A stretch of DNA of 60,922 nt, counting the filler, from Streblomastix strix (Eukaryota), in NCBI GenBank assembly GCA_008636045.1. It is 3 parts of 3 records of this genome, joined end to end, with 100 filler letters (N's around TTAATTAATTAA, not from the genome) between each part and the next. Parts side by side here need not be neighbours in the genome. Positions count along the whole stretch, not along the records: positions 40,701 to 60,922 come from SNRW01000448.1; 2 more parts are not named here. One strand, given 5' to 3'. A program made the translations under genes and the position numbers. Positions 55,466 through 60,922 of this stretch are shown piece after piece. Every line of letters begins with the position of its first letter. The stretch's first letter is position 1. Below the pieces are notes generated by a model, which had not been told where the DNA came from, made no database searches, and was given only the letters and a program-made list of their open reading frames with translations.

Positions 55466-58230
55466 ATATGAGTGCGACTTTGACCAATTCCACATTTCGT
55501 GAACTTGCATTTCCATCTATAAAAATTAAAAGTATACAACAAAACTAAAAACTTTAAATTGAGCGAATCCAAATCTTTAGAGCCATTTTTCAGAAATATG
55601 ATCAAAAAACTCTGGAAATTTTTATATTTAAACATAAAACAAAAAATCTCTGTAAAATAAATATGACTCAAATTTTATTAAACGTTTGTTACAAGATAAT
55701 TTAATTTTGAATTTATAACTAAAATTAAAAATAATAAGTAAATAGCAGAAAAAAAATTTTTTTCAGTATTTTTTTAAAAATGGCTTTAGGTGCGCCGATA
55801 ACCAGATATATGGCTTATATATTCAGATTAAACACATATGTCTACATAAAATTTTGCAGTCTCACAAAAATACGTCGAGCCAATTTTGAAAAAATTACAA
55901 TTAATCCATAAAATTTAAATTTATTTATTAGATTGAGTCTTATTAAACAGTATAATAATTTAAATTTAATATTCTGTATTATTTAAAAATATTTCTATTA
56001 CTTTATCAATTGTATGATACTAATGAAAATATCTAAGTTTTATTTTTTGCAATTAAAACTAATAAATTGTCTGAAATATGATTTTATTCGATTTATTTTA
56101 ATTATATATTTATATATGATGCTATTTGAGATCAAATGATATTATTTATTAAGTTTTTAATTCTTCATTGATTATAAACGAAAAATATTAATAAAACAAA
56201 CAGATTTACGCTTGATATGCTGAACAAAAATTATGTGAAACTTAATAATATTATTTAAATAATAATTAAAATTATATTTATTGTAAATTTTTCATTATTA
56301 ATTTATTTTTAATTTAATTAAAATAGTTTTTTCAATATTCTTTCTTATTTTTTCATTATTTTCCTCTTATTTTTGTATTGCTATTTAAATTTTCATAATT
56401 AATTTGACGTTATATTTCTAAATTTACTTGTCTTATGATATTTAAATTACTGTATCAAAAAAAATTGCACTCAATCATCATTTTTTACTTTCCTTCTTTT
56501 CTCAGCTATTTACAGAATAATTATTCATTTAACATAAATTTCTACATATTTATTACATTTACTACATCTTTATATTAAGTTTTATTTATTTATTTTCTTA
56601 GAAGATCTGAACATAAATGCAATATAATTTAAGAAATGATAGTTTTCAAATAATTGTGTCAAAGCAGGACAATAGCGGAATATCACAAGGTTTATTTTGT
56701 TTAAAATACATTATTATTCAATTTATATATTTATTATTTAATCAAAAAATAAGATTCGCAGACAACTGATACCGAAACCTTGCGAAGTCAATTCATTTTA
56801 TCGGTTTTTATTTAACTTATTAATAATAATTCATTTCAGTTCGTATTTAATTACTAATAATATTAATTTTTATATTTAATTAATAGATGAGATGATTTGA
56901 ATCTTGGAATGGATGTTGAAATCTACGGAGTTACATATCACATTGTCGATAGTGATGAATTCACAAAGGTATTTAAATTTATTTTATTATTTTATTTATT
57001 AATAATATATAATATATTTTGATATACAATATATTAAATAGAACTTCTTTAATTGCGTTGAAATCCAATTGAATAGAAATGAAGAATTTTCGTATGATCC
57101 ATTCCTTGTTAATTAGGAGAAGATGAAACCTCTTCCAAGAACAACTACTACTCAACTATAATTTTATTAAATATAAATAAATATTTATTATATAAATATA
57201 TTATTTATAAATAAATTATAAATTATATAATGTTATTAATTATTTAATTTAAGATCCTGAGAAACTTACATTGAGATAAAGCTTGAGAAATGATAGAAAT
57301 GTTCTTCGATTTTATGCTGTATGATAATAAAAATTTATACATTATAATTATAATAAATATATTCATATTTATTTTATAATATATTCATATTTGAGTAGGT
57401 TTTGGATAACAGAATTGAATGAGAGTTAAACTTGATGATGGAGATGTAGATTCATATTTGAAAACGAAAGATTTGCATGTTAGTTAAGACATGCATGAGA
57501 GAGGTTGGAGTTAGTCCTGATGCTATTTCATTAGAGGAATTGCGTGTTACATTGATGGGATGGGATCTGAAACCAAATGAGAATGTATGAATATTTGGAA
57601 TTATATTAAATTTATTTAATTATATTTAAATTAATAATTATTTATACACAATTCAGATATTCTTTGGTTTGACCTCGCTTCTTGATCCAGACATGATATA
57701 CACCGCCTCGAAACAGCAATTCATAGACGTGATGTCACAGCCGTGAAGTGTAAAGGGTAGTTATAGTTTCTTCTCTTACAATATTTTACACTACACTGTC
57801 TAAAATTTATTAATTGTTTTATTTTATTAATAACACATTATTTATTTAAAATATAATTATATTTTATAATAAAATAAATTTAAATTAAACAATTTAATTT
57901 AATATTCATCAAAAAAATTGATCATTTTCTAAAAATACAAATTATCTGAAATTATCATTCAAACGCTTAATTAAAAAATAAATAAATAAACATTGTTGAA
58001 TTTTATTATATAATTATTATATTAATCAATTTGACTATAAAATATAATAAAATAAAAAAAATAATAAATTTTTTTTATATTTTTAAATTTTTTCTACTAT
58101 GAAGAAGTTTCTTAACTTAAAATTTATTAATATATTTAGTGTTATAAGTATTTGTTTTAATTTCATTATCTAATATTTAAGTTCCCAGAAAACCACTATT
58201 TTGGGGAATTGGTCAAAGTCGCACTCATAT
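55466..58230. mobile_element. Putative non-autonomous TIR element (Pack-type)
   Basis: Perfect 26-bp inverted repeat ATATGAGTGCGACTTTGACCAATTCC at 55466-55491 and 58205-58230. Confidence 0.5.
56640..57746 (+). pseudogene. EFHC1/RIB72-like DM10-domain fragment with introns; boundaries approximate
   Basis: KQDNSGISQG, IRRQLIPKP, DDLNLGMDVEIYGVTYHIVDSDEFTK, LRNDRNVLRFYAV*, then a jump to an EF-hand-like piece. Confidence 0.7.
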
Positions 58231-60340
58231 TTAATAAATAAATGAAATTGCGAAAGTCAACGTGCTAATTTTAAATTGCAGCCAAGTTTTTCCAACATGT
58301 TTATGCTAATAAATATATTTTGTTTGTAAAAACTAATTAGTAATATATAATTTTAATTCTATTATTGTTGGTAAAGTGTTTGAGAGAGAAAAACTTGTTA
58401 AACATAGAATTTTATATACAGTAACTTGCATCAAAATTCTGCAGGATCTACAAATAATTTTGTCGTAATTGTCATTTATTTCAATTTGTTTTTTCATATG
58501 AATAAAAATTACATTTAGAATAAGAGAAGTGGTGCACAACCTACTATAAGAATGATGCTCCAAAAATTTTGATTATAGAATCCATCAATAAACTGCATCA
58601 ATCTAAAATAATTTTTCATTTAAAATTTTTAATTTAATTATTTAAATTTATTTAAATACACTTAATACATATTTAATTATTAGTTCATTAAAGCGAGAAT
58701 TTCAAGTAAAATAAAAAAATAATTAGATTTCTCGATAACTTTCAAATTATCAAATGTATAATTTTTTATACCAATTTATGCGTCTTATATAATAGAACAT
58801 TATTTTATTAATAACTTAAAATCGACCTACCGGACATATAATTGGACAATTTGGAGATGCATCATTTTTTTCCCAATAGCAAAATTTCATTCCATGATAC
58901 GATTTAACTTTCATCTCAACAATTGTTTTACTTCAATTATTATAGTTTTATTTAAAATAGTTTTCTTCTTATAAATAACAAAGTAATAATAAAATTAAGT
59001 CTTAAATTTAATAGATTCAACTTTAATTTTATTATTTATTCGAAATAAAGGTAAGAAAATGAACTGAAATAAATGGAGGTTAAAAATCAACAATAAAACG
59101 TAAATATATGAAAATAAAAAATATAAATGGATATAATATTTTAACAGAAAATAAAATTTATCTAAATCATAAAATATCGTCAGATGATTAAGAAACTTCT
59201 TTAAATTGATCATATTTTAGATTTAAAGGATGATTCATAATATGATGATTAAAAATAAAGATGATTACGTTCAACATGGTTGATTTTGGTTAATTTAGCT
59301 TATTCTTGAATGTCTATTTAATGTAGCCCAATCTTATCATTTAGCGTTTATTGTTTTTAAATGTAAATTATAATAAAAGCAAAATTTATTCAATAACATA
59401 TTATAATAAATTAGTTTAAAATTAAATAAACATTTTCAAAAGAAGCATTTTTATTTAAATAAATAAAAACTCTTAAAAATTAAACTAGAAAATAAGAAAA
59501 TAAATTAGAAAAAGCAATTATGTGTAATGAATACTTTGTTGTTTAACAATCTTTTGGGATTAATATTATCAATTAGTGATCAAAATGAATATAACTAAAA
59601 AATAATTAATTAAAATATAAGAATAATAGCAAATCAACAGTTAAGATCATTTGAAACTCGATAATTATTAAAAAAAAAAGCTCGTTGGTATTTAGTAAAA
59701 TTATTGAGTAATAAAAAATTGTAAATTAATACATAATCGTGTGTTAAATATTAAATTCTGTTGAATGAAATATAAAAATTGTATTTGCAAAAACAGTAAA
59801 CTCTAGGAATTGAACTTTTCTGAATTAGCGATATATGTATTAGAGTTATAATTCAAAAAGGAATAAAATATTATATACAATTTATTACTATGAATTCTAA
59901 AAGTCGGATTCATTTGGACGTATCTACGTTTTGTATCGAGGTTTTTCTTTTAATTTAAAGGCGCTGCTTTTTCCTCTCACCCTGTGATTGAATTATCATA
60001 TTGTATATACTTTTGTTGAGTTTATCTTTTTCACGTGGTTTCTACTACTTTTATTATTTATTTTCAATTTCTTAGGCGCTTTTAATAACATTTTTAATAT
60101 AAATTTTTATTCTGCTGATTATAATCTAAACCTTCTGTTAATAGACTTGATATATCCAATAATTTTTAGTTTCTACATTTTATTTTATAATTTTGTAATT
60201 ATTGAAAGATTAATCCTATTGAACACTCTATTTTTTTAATTTGAATTTTTATTTTTAAAAATAAGCAAAAGAACCTTCAATACAAGTTAATTATTCATTC
60301 ATTTATTTTATTTTTATATTGTATAACTTCAGAAACAAAA

Positions 60341-60922
60341 ATGAGTATTGATACTAAGAAAATTTCTGATTAATCTACCTGTCCAGTTGATGTTTCGGGA
60401 AATCTGGCATTTATTCCGGATGTATATTATTATTTTTTTTTTTAATATTTTTTCTAAATATTATTATTTACATAATTTTATTCATATATTAACTCAAAAG
60501 AATGATGCAATATTGTCATTAAATCGCGCTCTTCGAACAGAAAACGAGTAATTAAGGAGAGAAAAATGCGAAGTTGAATCTAAATGTGGTGAAGAAATAC
60601 GAAATCTGAAAGCTCAGCTCAAAGATGAAAATGAGCAACGCTTAAAAGCAGAGAAATCAGCAAAAGAAGAAAAAGAATCAGCAGTTAAAGAAAGAAAAGA
60701 GAAAAAAGAACTAAAAATTCAGATCCAGAACAGCGAAGAACTTGAAAAGAGGTTAATTGAAAAATAAAAGGAGAAGAAGAAGGCTGAATTTGATCTCAGA
60801 TAAGAAATAGAGGATAAATTAGAGTCAGATGAAAGAGCTCAAAAATTAGATCAAAACAATTAGGAAGAAATTGCAAACAAAGAAAAAGAAAAAGATGATG
60901 AAATCAAATAATTGAAAGAAGA
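60341..60922 (+). CDS. Coiled-coil E/K-rich hypothetical protein, truncated at the window end
   Basis: MSIDTKKISDQSTCPVDVSGNLAFIPD|NDAILSLNRALRTENEQLRREK... Confidence 0.6.

Overview
This is AT-rich eukaryotic DNA in which TAA/TAG encode Gln and TGA is the only stop. That makes the supplied standard-code ORF track mostly fragments or antisense shadows. The code and gene repertoire suggest the oxymonad Streblomastix strix or a relative (inference). The window is three unrelated ~20.2 kb contigs joined by artificial N44-TTAATTAATTAA-N44 linkers (20254-20353, 40601-40700). Contig 1 begins with ~13.2 kb of an endogenous Polinton/Maverick-like DNA virus written in the host's variant code. All its genes are on the minus strand: protein-primed PolB, an rve integrase with a D-D-35-D triad, an HNH endonuclease plus a nuclease-less paralogue, a phage tail-fibre-like protein and several ORFans. 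It ends in an AG-starting terminus that abuts a 5'-truncated host gene. Contig 2 holds a cathepsin B fragment, an ~11 kb Yak1 kinase gene with a huge Q/N-rich tail, and a Pmp-like beta-helix surface protein. Contig 3 holds a NEK-like kinase with a SPRY-like domain, BUB3, a Cys-repeat type I membrane protein and a decayed tyrosine recombinase. It also contains an inverted-repeat-bounded segment carrying an intron-containing EFHC1/RIB72 fragment (Pack-transposon-like). All translations were done by hand; boundaries marked approximate are estimates.
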